Source: an uncultured Actinomycetes bacterium
GTDB lineage: Bacteria > Actinomycetota > UBA4738 > HRBIN12
Assembly (NCBI GenBank): GCA_964447335.1
Contig: CAYUSA010000009.1
Coordinates: 3,345-67,344 of the forward strand
Reading direction: 5' to 3'
DNA length: 64,000 bases
A program made the translations under genes and the position numbers. Below, piece after piece: positions 25,610 to 34,344 of this stretch (position 1 is its first letter; each line of letters begins with the position of its first letter). Below the pieces are notes generated by a model. It made no database searches, was not told where the DNA came from, and worked only from the letters and a program-made list of their open reading frames with translations.

Positions 25610-26436
25610 TGGAACTGCGGGATGGATTGGGCGCGAGTGATGCCGAGAAGGCCATCCGCGATGTGATCGTTTGGTTCGAGAACCTGTCCGGAGGAGGTAG
25701 GGACGCCCTTGCGCTTCGCGACAGGTATCTGACTGAGGTCGAGCGTGCCGAGTCACAGCTGAGCAACCTGTATCCGGGGCTTGAGTGGATGGGCAGGCTC
25801 TACAGCGAGCGCTACTGGCGCATCCGCGAACTACACGCCGGCAGCCCGCGTCCCTTTCCGCTGATCCAGGACGAAGCTCGCGCGGTGGTCGGCTGGCTCA
25901 ACGACATGAAGCGTTGGCTGGAGGAACTCGCAGCCGAAGAGGCGCTGGTAGATCCGAAGGTTCCTCGCGTCGTGCTGGACACGAACGCCATCATGCACGC
26001 CAAGCCGCTCAGGGACAGCGACTGGCCCGGGGAACTGGGTCGGTCGTCCGTCCGGCTGATCCTGCCGTTGATCGTCATCACCGAACTCGACAACCTCAGG
26101 AACAGCGGGAACGACAAGAAAAGGGCGCGAGCCGCAACACGGCTATCAGAGATGCGTCGTCTGCTAGATGGGAAAGGGCGCGGACCCACGGACGTTCGGA
26201 CCAGAGTAACGCTCGAGGTTCTCGTCACACCCAGAGGGCACCTGCGCCACCAGAACAACGACGAGGAGATACTCGCGAACGTCGAGTCGCTCTCTCGGCG
26301 CCCCGGCGGCGCTCTTGTGCTCGCCACCGACGATTTCTCGATGCAGTTGAGGGCGGAGTCCCGAGGGATGGACGTAGTCGCGATCCCTGAGAATCTGGAG
26401 ATGCCTTTGCAGCCGCCACTCCCCGACGAGAGTTAG
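25606..26436 (+). CDS. Two-domain protein: an all-alpha N-terminal domain (~125 aa, with an Rx4H motif RIRELH) fused to a C-terminal PIN nuclease domain; translationally coupled to hsdS
   Basis: The PIN region reads PRVVLDTNAIMHAKPL...LILPLIVITELDNL...LVLATDDFSMQL...MDVVAIP, carrying the four conserved PIN acidic residues. The ATG at 25606 overlaps the hsdS TGA (ATGATGG). Confidence 0.65.
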   Translation: MMELRDGLGASDAEKAIRDVIVWFENLSGGGRDALALRDRYLTEVERAESQLSNLYPGLEWMGRLYSERYWRIRELHAGSPRPFPLIQDEARAVVGWLNDMKRWLEELAAEEALVDPKVPRVVLDTNAIMHAKPLRDSDWPGELGRSSVRLILPLIVITELDNLRNSGNDKKRARAATRLSEMRRLLDGKGRGPTDVRTRVTLEVLVTPRGHLRHQNNDEEILANVESLSRRPGGALVLATDDFSMQLRAESRGMDVVAIPENLEMPLQPPLPDES

Positions 26437-27137
26437 CGAACCTCGATCGATTCCCAGCTGGCTTCACCCACCACGACGTGTGAGAGAAAGCGCGTGCAGA
26501 CTGCTCGCGACGCTTCAAGCATATGTCGAGTCGCGTCCAAGTCGATATCGCTTGGCTTCGTATCGCCGGAGGGATGGTTGTGGGCGACAGCGAACGCACG
26601 CCCGTCATTGACCAGTACGGCGTTGAGGATCTCGCGCACCGGCACCATCGCCCGGTCGATCGACCCCTCGCTGACGCGCACGACCTTCTTCAGGCGGTTG
26701 GCGCCGTCGCAAACGAGCACGACGACGCGCTCGCGGCGCAGCCCTCTAAGCTCCTGACCAGCGATCCGGGCGACGTCCTCGGGCCCCCGCAGCTGCTCTC
26801 CTACTCCGCCGACGTGTTCGGAGCGCCGACCGAGCGTGAAAGCCGCGATGAGCCCTGCCGCCTTCGCTTCGCCGACACCCGGCCAGCGAGTCAGCTCCTC
26901 CAGCCTGGCCGACGCGATCGCCCGCAGCGAGCCGAACTCGGCAAGCAGCTCGCTTGCCAGATCCAGCGAGCTGACGCCCGGACGTCCGTTCCGGATAACC
27001 AGGGCCAACAGTTCCCGGTCGCTCAACGCCGCCGCGCCGACAGAGACAAGGCGCTCCCTCGGACGTTCCCCGCTGGGGATGCGTGCGATCGTCGTCGGTC
27101 CTGTCATAGGGCGAAGGGTAGTGTTTGGCTCTGACAT
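26433..27137 (-). CDS. RadC-like JAB/MPN-domain protein (UPF0758)
   Basis: ERPRERLVSVGAAALSDRELLALVIRNGRPGVSSLDLASELLAEFGSLRAI...WPGVGEAKAAGLIAAF is the HhH region. FAVAHNHPSGDTKPSDID is the JAMM H-x-H-x(n)-S-x2-D metalloprotease motif. An alternative start is at 27107. Confidence 0.75.
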   Translation of the reverse strand: MSEPNTTLRPMTGPTTIARIPSGERPRERLVSVGAAALSDRELLALVIRNGRPGVSSLDLASELLAEFGSLRAIASARLEELTRWPGVGEAKAAGLIAAFTLGRRSEHVGGVGEQLRGPEDVARIAGQELRGLRRERVVVLVCDGANRLKKVVRVSEGSIDRAMVPVREILNAVLVNDGRAFAVAHNHPSGDTKPSDIDLDATRHMLEASRAVCTRFLSHVVVGEASWESIEVR

Positions 27138-27178
27138 CCGAGTTCGGACCCGAGGAGACGGAGACCATCGGCGACAAC

Positions 27179-28192
27179 ATGAACGGACTGAGTTGGGAGG
27201 AGCTCGACACGGTCTACCTCCCGGAGAGAGACCGGTCATTCACCGAGGACCGCTGCTTCCTGTGCGGGACGCCGCTCACCAAGAAGAACCGCGCCGACGA
27301 GCATGTCTTCCCGAAATGGCTTCAGCATCGGTTCGACCTCTGGAACCAACGGATGGTTCTCCTCAATCGCACGGACATCCCATATCGGAGTGTCAAGATT
27401 CCGTGCTGCTCAGCCTGCAACCACGGACCCTTGGCGGAACTCGAAGCCCGGGTGGCGGAAGCCCATGCGGACGGTTTTGAAGGTTTCGCCCAGCTGGACA
27501 GGCGTGACCTCTTCCTGTGGCTGGCGAAGATCTATTACGGCCTGATGTTCCGAGAGGTGCTGCTCCCGGCCGACAGAACCGATCCAGACTCAGAGCCGAT
27601 CCTCCCCCCGGATATCTTCGAGGAGCTGAGGATGCACCATTTGCTCTTGCAAGCGATCCGCGGCGCCGTGCGGTGGCGCGGGTTCCCTGCCAGCATCTTC
27701 CTGTTCCGATGCCAGGTGCACCCCGATCCGCGATTCGGCTTTGACTATCGTGATTCGTTCTTGGATCCTTTTCTCGCCCTTCGCCTCGGTCAAGTCGCAG
27801 TACTCGCGAATCTTCAGGACTGGGGAGCGATGGAGGACCAAGCGATTGCGGACTTCGAGACGGCGAAGACTCTCGAGCTTCACCCTGTCCAGTTCATCCA
27901 GCTCGCCGCGCAGGCGACGTACATCAGCACATTGTTCAACCGAACGCCAAAACACGTGGTCGTCCTGGACCGGGATGTCCTCGACGTCATCACGCTTCCC
28001 CTTGCAGGCTTCAGTGGCAAGCCCTTGTTCGATTCCTTCGACCCCGCCGAATACGCGGAGTTCTTGGCGGCAGCAATGTTCGTGGGGGTCGACGAGGTGA
28101 TGGGCGGCGACGGAATCAGGACTTACCTTCAGGACGAGCGACGCGCCCCTTTGTTCATCCCATGGGATCCGCAGGGGAACGTCACGCCATGA
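27179..28192 (+). CDS. HNH-endonuclease-domain protein with a ~230-aa C-terminal extension of unknown function
   Basis: CFLCGTPLTKKNRADEHVFPKWLQHRF...IPCCSACNHG is an HNH (McrA-like) C-x2-C...H...N...C-x2-C-N-H signature. GC is noticeably lower (~58-60%). It is transcribed divergently from the RadC-like gene. Confidence 0.6.
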   Translation: MNGLSWEELDTVYLPERDRSFTEDRCFLCGTPLTKKNRADEHVFPKWLQHRFDLWNQRMVLLNRTDIPYRSVKIPCCSACNHGPLAELEARVAEAHADGFEGFAQLDRRDLFLWLAKIYYGLMFREVLLPADRTDPDSEPILPPDIFEELRMHHLLLQAIRGAVRWRGFPASIFLFRCQVHPDPRFGFDYRDSFLDPFLALRLGQVAVLANLQDWGAMEDQAIADFETAKTLELHPVQFIQLAAQATYISTLFNRTPKHVVVLDRDVLDVITLPLAGFSGKPLFDSFDPAEYAEFLAAAMFVGVDEVMGGDGIRTYLQDERRAPLFIPWDPQGNVTP

Positions 28193-28404
28193 CAGTCCCT
28201 GAGACTGCGGGAATACCGGTGGCCATGCCGGTACTCGAGCGTCCGGTTTGCACTGGTGTCCAACCATCGGGGTAGAGTCCGTCAAGTCCGCTCGCTGAAG
28301 CGGACCCCGCTCGGGCACCACGATCCGGATTGCAGGCTTGTAGGAATCAGGCGCTAGGGTCGCCAGATGCCGCCCCCGCGCCGAGATGGTGGCGGGACTA
28401 CTGC

Positions 28405-28587
28405 ATGCCCTCCGGTCACCGCCCCGTCGTCGAGTTCATCCGCACCTCCCTGATCCAACGCCGCGGCGGTCCTCAAACGCGGGCAGGTGCTCCTCGCACT
28501 CGAGGCGTTCGCGAAGAAGGGGCAGAAGACGCCACCCGCGACCATCGCGCTCGCCGAACGGCGCCTCCGAGACTGGCGCACCCGGGG
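28405..28587 (+). pseudogene. Remnant of a HigB/Gp49-family (RelE/ParE-superfamily) toxin, truncated and frameshifted
   Basis: The N-terminal piece MPSGHRPVVEFIRTSLIQRRGG is in one frame. The C-terminal piece VLKRGQVLLALEAFAKKGQKTPPATIALAERRLRDWRTRGRG* is in another; FxKKtqKTP...A..R is the Gp49/HigB C-terminal signature. The central ~45 aa are missing. Confidence 0.35.
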
Positions 28588-28649
28588 CAGAGGATAGCGA
28601 CAGCGATATCTCGGATCCGATATGGTCGGAAAGCGAAGGAGACCTCACC

Positions 28650-28961
28650 ATGGCGAAGGATCTGATCGACGAACTGACGGAGGAGCGGGCCAAGGGGAAC
28701 CCGGACTTCCCGGAGATGGTCGAGGCCGCCCTCAAAGCCCGCCGGCTGCTCCGGTCCCTCTCGGATCGCCGGCGCGAGCTCGGCCTCAGTTAGACCGCGG
28801 TCGCCGCGCGCATGGGGACATCGCAGTCCGCACTCGCCCGACTGGAGGGCGGGGACTCGGACCCGCGGATCTCGACCGTGGAGCGGTACGCGCTCGCGGT
28901 TGGCGAGGAGCTCGCGCACCGGCGGGTGGCCGCTGCGAGGTCTCGACGCCGCCGTACGTGA
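28650..28961 (+). pseudogene. XRE-family HTH antitoxin (HigA-like) interrupted by an in-frame TAG
   Basis: MAKDLIDELTEERAKGNPDFPEMVEAALKARRLLRSLSDRRRELGLS-TAG-TAVAARMGTSQSALARLEGGDSDPRISTVERYALAVGEEL. Across the stop at 28791-28793 the reading gives a complete HTH_XRE motif, and the stop falls exactly where a Gln codon (CAG) is expected. Confidence 0.45.
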
Positions 28962-29199
28962 ACCGCAGGTCACCTCGGTCGAGGTGAGGCGGCGACCCTC
29001 GAGGCAGCCTCAAGCGGGGATGATCAGCTGGTGCCGGGTGCGATCGCTTGGATGCCCACAGCAGTCCCCGCCGTGGCGACTCGCCCGTCGTACGTGACCA
29101 GACTCGTGACGTCTTCTCCCATCGGAAACGCCAAATGAGGTGTGGCTGTGCGGAGACCGACTTGACCGGCAGGAGGCTGCGATATATTCTCCGTATATC

Positions 29200-29892
29200 G
29201 TGCCTGCAGTTTCCCAGCCTCGCTCCCCGCTCAGGCAGAGCGATACGGCCTACGAGCTGCTGAAACAGCTCATCGTCGAGTGCCAGGTCGCGCCCGGGGC
29301 CCTCGTCGACGAGCGGGACCTCATGGAGCGGCTCGAGGTCGGCCGCACCCCACTGCGGGAGGCGCTCCAGCGGCTCGAGCGCGACCACCTGATCCAGGCG
29401 GTCCCCAGACACGGGTACTTCGTCGCGCACGTCACGGTCGCCAACCTCGCGCACGCGTTCGAGCTCAGGCAGCCGGTCGAGGGGCTGGCGGCCCGGCTCG
29501 CGGCCGAGCGAGCGACCAAGCGGCATCTCGACGACCTGGTCGACTACCTGGCGGAGGTCGAGCGCGATTCGGGTCACACCACCGACCGGCGCTGGCACCT
29601 CTCGGTCGACAAGCGCTTCCACGACCTGGTGGCGGCCGCCTCGGGCAACCCGTACCTGCAGCACATGGTCGACGAGCTCTTCAACCTGACCGCCCGCCTC
29701 TTCTACATGTCCCAGGCGCCGATCACGCTGGTCCACGACGAGCTCCCCGCGTATCGCGCCGTCATCGGCGCGATACGGTCGGGCGACCCCGGCGAGGCCG
29801 AGCGCGCCATGCGAGTCCACGTCGAGCCGCTGCCGATGCAGCTCGTCTCGGGCGCCATCCCCAGAGTCCGCGATGGTGCTGCGCCGGGCTGA
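29200..29892 (+). CDS. GntR-family (FadR/FCD subfamily) transcriptional regulator
   Basis: AYELLKQLIVECQVAPGALVDERDLMERLEVGRTPLREALQRLERDHLI is a GntR wHTH, followed by a helical FCD domain. The ORF could extend to a GTG at 29140. I prefer the GTG at 29200 because an AT-rich GATATA-N7-TATATC operator-like palindrome sits at 29181-29199. Confidence 0.8.
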   Translation: MPAVSQPRSPLRQSDTAYELLKQLIVECQVAPGALVDERDLMERLEVGRTPLREALQRLERDHLIQAVPRHGYFVAHVTVANLAHAFELRQPVEGLAARLAAERATKRHLDDLVDYLAEVERDSGHTTDRRWHLSVDKRFHDLVAAASGNPYLQHMVDELFNLTARLFYMSQAPITLVHDELPAYRAVIGAIRSGDPGEAERAMRVHVEPLPMQLVSGAIPRVRDGAAPG

Positions 29893-30757
29893 GTCCCAGG
29901 GACGAGCCCGCACGGGCAGCGGCTGGACCACCCTCCTGTTGCTCTCGCCGTCGGTGCTCATGCTCGTCGCGTTCCTGCTCATCCCGCTGTTCATCGTCGT
30001 GAAGTACAGCTTCTCGGGGAGCGATCCCTACGGCGGCGTCACGTCGAACCTGACCCTGGAGAACTACCGGGCGCTGTTCCGCCCTCTGTACGTGCCGATC
30101 TTCCTGCGGAGCGTCGAGCTCGCCGCGGCGACAACCCTCGTGAGCCTGCTGGTCGGGTACCCGGTCGCCTACTTCCTGGCGTTCCGGGCCGGGCGGTTCG
30201 CGCCGCTGCTGCTGATGGCGATGATCGTCCCGTTCTGGACGAACTTCCTGGTCCGGATCTCGGCCTGGATGACCCTGCTGAACGACCAGGGCGTGATCAA
30301 CGCGACCCTGCAGGCGGTCGGGCTGACGGGCCGCCCGTTGCGCATGGTCCCCACGTCCGGGGCGGTCCTCGTCGGGCTCCTGTACGCGTTCCTGCCCTCG
30401 GCGGTGTTCCCGATCTACGCGAGCCTGCGCTCGGTGGAGCCGTCGCTGCTCGAGGCCGCGCAGGACCTGGGGTGCGGAGCGATCGCGACCCACCGCCGGA
30501 TCGTGCTGCCCGTCGCCCTGCCGGGGATCGTGGCCGCGGCGCTGCTCGTGTTCATCCCGGCGCTCGGCGTGTTCGTGATCCCGGTGCTGCTCGGCGGCGG
30601 CAAGCAGATCATGATCGGCAACCTCATCGTCACGCTCTACCTGGAGTTCCGGAACATCCCGTTCGGCGCCGCGATCTCGGTCGTGCTGCTGCTGATCGTG
30701 TCGATCGGGATCGCGGGTTTCCTGAAGCTCTCGGGCGCGGCGCGGAGGTTCGCGTGA
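29873..30757 (+). CDS. ABC transporter permease (PotB-like)
   Basis: Six TM segments with the EAA-like loop ...LEAAQDLGCGAIATHRRIVLPVALPGI.... The start overlaps the GntR gene end. Confidence 0.8.
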   Translation: MVLRRAESQGRARTGSGWTTLLLLSPSVLMLVAFLLIPLFIVVKYSFSGSDPYGGVTSNLTLENYRALFRPLYVPIFLRSVELAAATTLVSLLVGYPVAYFLAFRAGRFAPLLLMAMIVPFWTNFLVRISAWMTLLNDQGVINATLQAVGLTGRPLRMVPTSGAVLVGLLYAFLPSAVFPIYASLRSVEPSLLEAAQDLGCGAIATHRRIVLPVALPGIVAAALLVFIPALGVFVIPVLLGGGKQIMIGNLIVTLYLEFRNIPFGAAISVVLLLIVSIGIAGFLKLSGAARRFA

Positions 30758-30779
30758 TGGCCTCGGCACAGGGGTCCGC

Positions 30780-31685
30780 GTGATGGCCGCGACGACCGAG
30801 GGCCTCACTGCGTACCGCGTCGCCGGCTGGCGGACCTGGCTGAGCCGGATCGAGCAGCGCGCCGTCGACCTCGCGATCGGAGGGACGACGCTGCTCACGT
30901 ACGCGTTCCTGTACGCGCCGATCGTCATCCTCATCGTGTTCTCGTTCAACCGCGCCGAGCTCTCGTACTCGTGGCAGGGCGCGACGACCGAGTGGTACCG
31001 GGTCCTGCTGCACGACCGATACCTGTTCTCGGCGCTGCGGGTGAGCCTCGGCGTAGCGGCGAGCTCGGCCGTGATCGGGACGGCCGTCGGCGGGCTCACC
31101 GCCCTCACGATCGCCAGGAGAAGGTTCCGGGGCCGAGGCGCACTCACGATGGTCCTGTTCATGCCGCTCGTCCTGCCCGAGATCGTGGTCGCGGTCGCCT
31201 TCCTGTCGTTCGTGGTCGCGATGAAGGTGCACCTCGGCTACCTGACGCTGATCGCCGGCCACAGCCTGCTGGCGCTTCCGTTCGCGGCACTCATCCTGCT
31301 TGGCTCGGCGGCGGGGCTCGACGCCTCGCTGGAGGAGGCGGCCTCGGACCTCGGCTGCACGGCGTGGCAGGCGTTCCGGCGCGTGACGCTCCCGCTGCTG
31401 TTGCCCGGGATCCTCGCGAGCCTGCTGCTCACCTTCACGATGTCGCTCGACGACATCGTGATGTCGACGTTCGTCAGCGGGGTCGGCACCACGACGTTGC
31501 CGCTCCGCATCTACTCGATGCTCAAGACCGGCATCACGCCCGAGATCAACGCGCTCGGCACACTGCTCGTGGTGCTCAACCTCACGATCCTCGCCGCCGT
31601 GGGGGCGACGCAGCTGAAGCGCGTGCTCGGGATCGGAGCCACGGGGGGGAGGCGATCGATAGGGGCGCTTCCAGGACGACGGTGA
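30780..31685 (+). CDS. ABC transporter permease (PotC-like)
   Basis: TM protein with the EAA motif LEEAASDLGCTAWQAFRRVTLPLLLPGI. Confidence 0.8.
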   Translation: MMAATTEGLTAYRVAGWRTWLSRIEQRAVDLAIGGTTLLTYAFLYAPIVILIVFSFNRAELSYSWQGATTEWYRVLLHDRYLFSALRVSLGVAASSAVIGTAVGGLTALTIARRRFRGRGALTMVLFMPLVLPEIVVAVAFLSFVVAMKVHLGYLTLIAGHSLLALPFAALILLGSAAGLDASLEEAASDLGCTAWQAFRRVTLPLLLPGILASLLLTFTMSLDDIVMSTFVSGVGTTTLPLRIYSMLKTGITPEINALGTLLVVLNLTILAAVGATQLKRVLGIGATGGRRSIGALPGRR

Positions 31686-31718
31686 GACCCGGACCGACGG
31701 CCGAGATGGAGGTTCGAC

Positions 31719-32810
31719 ATGAAGCGGCCAAGATGGAACAGCTTGATCGTGCTGATGGTGCTGGCGCTCGTCGCCGCCGCGTGCGGCGGGGGCGACGAGG
31801 GGGAGACGGGAGAGAACGGCGGCGGAACGACGGGGGCGGGCGGCGACACCGAGCTGCACCTGCTCGCGTGGTCCGGTGAGGTGCCCGACTCGATCGTCGC
31901 GCAGTTCGAGGAGCAGACCGGGATCTCGGTCACGCTGGACACGTTCGACAGCAACGAGTCCATGATCGCCAAGCTCGAAGCCGGCGCGACCGGCTACGAC
32001 GTGGTCGAGCCCAGCCAGTACGCGGTGCAGATCCTCATCGCCAAGGGACTGCTCGAGGAGCTCGACCACTCGCGGCTGCCGAGCCTCGGCAACCTGGGAG
32101 AGGTGTTCCAGGACCCGAGCTACGACCCAGGCAACCAGTACAGCCTGCCCTACGTGTGGGGCACCACGGGGCTCGCCTACAACGACGAGTGCGTGACCGA
32201 GACCGTGGACAGCTGGTCGATCCTGTGGGACCCGGCGTACGAGGGCAAGATCTACATGCTCGATAACATGCTCGCGGCGTACATCGCCGGGCTGCAGGTC
32301 AACGGGTTCCACGCCAACTCGACGGATCCCGCCGAGATCGAGAAGGCGACCCAGTCGCTGATCGACCAGAAGCCGCTGCTCGCCGGCTACACCTCCACCG
32401 ACTACGCGCAACTCGTGGACTCGGGGCAGGCGTGCGTGGTGCAGGCGTGGGGCGGTGGCAGCATGGCCAAGGTCGTCCAGCGCAACCCGCACGTCCACTA
32501 CGTCCTGCCGAAGGAAGGCGGGACGATGTGGGTCGACGGGTTCGCGATCGTCAAGGGCGCCGAGAACGTGGACGCGGCCTACCAGTGGCTGGAGTTCGTC
32601 CTGCAGGCAGAGGTGGCCGCCGAGGTGACCAACGAGGGCGGCACGGCGACGGCGGTCGCGGCGGCGGACGCGCTGATCGACGCTGAGGTGCGGAGCAACA
32701 CGGCGATCTACGCGCCGGAGGAGTCGCTCGCCAACGCGGACTTCATCCTGGATCCGGGTGAGGCGATGCAGTACTTCCAAGAGGGCTGGACCCAGGTGAA
32801 GGCGGCGTGA
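31719..32810 (+). CDS. ABC transporter substrate-binding lipoprotein (PotD/PotF-like)
   Basis: Signal peptide and lipobox (LALVAAACGG), then a Gly-rich linker, then an SBP fold (HLLAWSGEVPDS...LPYVWGTTGLAYN...). Confidence 0.8.
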   Translation: MKRPRWNSLIVLMVLALVAAACGGGDEGETGENGGGTTGAGGDTELHLLAWSGEVPDSIVAQFEEQTGISVTLDTFDSNESMIAKLEAGATGYDVVEPSQYAVQILIAKGLLEELDHSRLPSLGNLGEVFQDPSYDPGNQYSLPYVWGTTGLAYNDECVTETVDSWSILWDPAYEGKIYMLDNMLAAYIAGLQVNGFHANSTDPAEIEKATQSLIDQKPLLAGYTSTDYAQLVDSGQACVVQAWGGGSMAKVVQRNPHVHYVLPKEGGTMWVDGFAIVKGAENVDAAYQWLEFVLQAEVAAEVTNEGGTATAVAAADALIDAEVRSNTAIYAPEESLANADFILDPGEAMQYFQEGWTQVKAA

Positions 32811-32879
32811 GACGGGACCTTCGATGGTGGGAGGGTCCGCCTCCCACCATCGTGAGGTTGCCCGCTCCGTCTCAAGACC

Positions 32880-33590
32880 ATGTTCGAGATCCGTGAACGT
32901 TCGGATGGGGTCTCCGCAGAGCTCGTCGAGGCGTACCGATCTGTCGCACCCGCGACGCTCGGGCACCTGATCGACGGGCCTGCGATGGACCCCCGCATCA
33001 AACCGGTGTGTCCGGGGAGCGTTGCGGTCGGTCCCGGGCTCACGATCTGGTCGCCGGACCGGGACTCGACCGCCTGCCACAAGGCGATCGACCTCGTCGG
33101 ACCGGGGGACGTGCTCGTGATCGCCCGCGACGGCGCGGACGGCTACGCCTGCTGGGGCGAGATGATGACGCTTGCGGCGAAGCTCCGGGGCGCCGCCGCG
33201 GTGATCGTCGACGGGCCCATCACCGACGTCCACGCCCTGCGCGAGCTCGGGCTGCCGGTCTTCGCGCGCGGCTCTGCGGCGCTGACGACGCAGTTGCTGG
33301 GCGAGCGAGGCGGCGTGAACGTCCCCGTCGTGTGCGGCGGCGTGGAGGTGAACCCCGGGGACCTGATCCTCGCGGACGAGGACGGCATCCTCGTGCTCGC
33401 GCCCGATCTGGCGGCCTCGCTCCTGCCCGCGGCGCGCGAGGAGGAGACCGCGGACGCCGAGTACCGCCGCGAGCTGCTCGCCGGCCGGCTCCCGTCCGAG
33501 CTGGCCGGGATCGACGACCTCATCAGGAGGGCCGATGGCAGGATCGCTGACACGAGGAGGGCCGATGGGAACGACCACGAACCTCGTTGA
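32880..33590 (+). CDS. RraA-family protein (4-hydroxy-4-methyl-2-oxoglutarate aldolase / oxaloacetate decarboxylase-like)
   Basis: ...GPGDVLVIARDGADGYACWGEMMTLAAKLRGAAAVIVDGPITDV...LPVFARG... is the RraA/MenG fold. Confidence 0.75.
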   Translation: MFEIRERSDGVSAELVEAYRSVAPATLGHLIDGPAMDPRIKPVCPGSVAVGPGLTIWSPDRDSTACHKAIDLVGPGDVLVIARDGADGYACWGEMMTLAAKLRGAAAVIVDGPITDVHALRELGLPVFARGSAALTTQLLGERGGVNVPVVCGGVEVNPGDLILADEDGILVLAPDLAASLLPAAREEETADAEYRRELLAGRLPSELAGIDDLIRRADGRIADTRRADGNDHEPR

Positions 33591-34344
33591 GCCGAGGTGG
33601 AACGCCGACACCGACTACAGCGCGCTCGACTGGCGCCAGATCGAGGAACGGCCGAGGAGGAACCCGGTCGCGGTGATCCCGAGCGGCGCGGTCGAGGTGT
33701 ACGGGCCGCATCTGCCGCTCGGCTCCGACGGGATCGTGGCCGAGGCGATCGCGCGGATGGTGGCGGGTCGCCTCGGTGCGGTGTGCACGCCCCTGATTGC
33801 CATCGGGTACTCGGGCGATCTCATGAGCCATCCGGGCACGCTCACGGTGAGCCCGGATGCCTTCCGCGCGTACTACGAGGGCGTCTGCCGGAGCCTGATC
33901 CGGTGGGGGTTCACCGACCTGCTGTTCCTCAACACGCACGACGGCAACACGCGGCTGATCGACCAGATCGGCCTCGCGCTGGTCGACGAGGGCGTGCGCT
34001 GCATGCAGATCGACTGGTGGCGCTTCGCCGTGCGGTTCGGCGAGGACGTGCTCACCACCGGGCGATGGGCCGCCGGCCACGCGGGTGAGCTGTGCACCTC
34101 CGTCGTGATGCACGTCGCCCCGCACCTCGTGTCCGGGCCGGGGGAGGACTTCGTGCCCGAGGACGACCCGTGGCCGGGCGGCATCGAGCGGTACGAGGAC
34201 TTCCGCGAGGTGACCGGCTCGGGTGTCCTCGGGAGGCCCTCGGAGGCGAGCGCGCGCAAGGGTGAGGTCATCGTGGGTCGCGCGGTCGAGGCGATCGTGC
34301 AGGCCGCGCGGGAACGGTTCGGGCTTGAGGTGGAGGCCGTCTGA
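33565..34344 (+). CDS. Creatininase-family amidohydrolase
   Basis: NPVAVIPSGAVEVYGPHLPLGSDGIVAEAIA...LNTHDGN...GHAGELCTSVVMHVAP is the creatinine amidohydrolase metal-binding pattern. Confidence 0.75.
   Translation: MGTTTNLVEPRWNADTDYSALDWRQIEERPRRNPVAVIPSGAVEVYGPHLPLGSDGIVAEAIARMVAGRLGAVCTPLIAIGYSGDLMSHPGTLTVSPDAFRAYYEGVCRSLIRWGFTDLLFLNTHDGNTRLIDQIGLALVDEGVRCMQIDWWRFAVRFGEDVLTTGRWAAGHAGELCTSVVMHVAPHLVSGPGEDFVPEDDPWPGGIERYEDFREVTGSGVLGRPSEASARKGEVIVGRAVEAIVQAARERFGLEVEAV

Noticed and set aside
27295-27315. tRNA-like GGTTCGACC T-loop-like string
   Set aside because: It lies inside the HNH-protein coding frame, with no acceptor or anticodon stem context. I found no tRNA, rRNA or CRISPR repeats anywhere in the window.
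27590-28321. 243-aa minus-strand ORF opposite the HNH-domain gene
   Set aside because: It is the antisense frame of a gene with a clear HNH motif. It shows no features.
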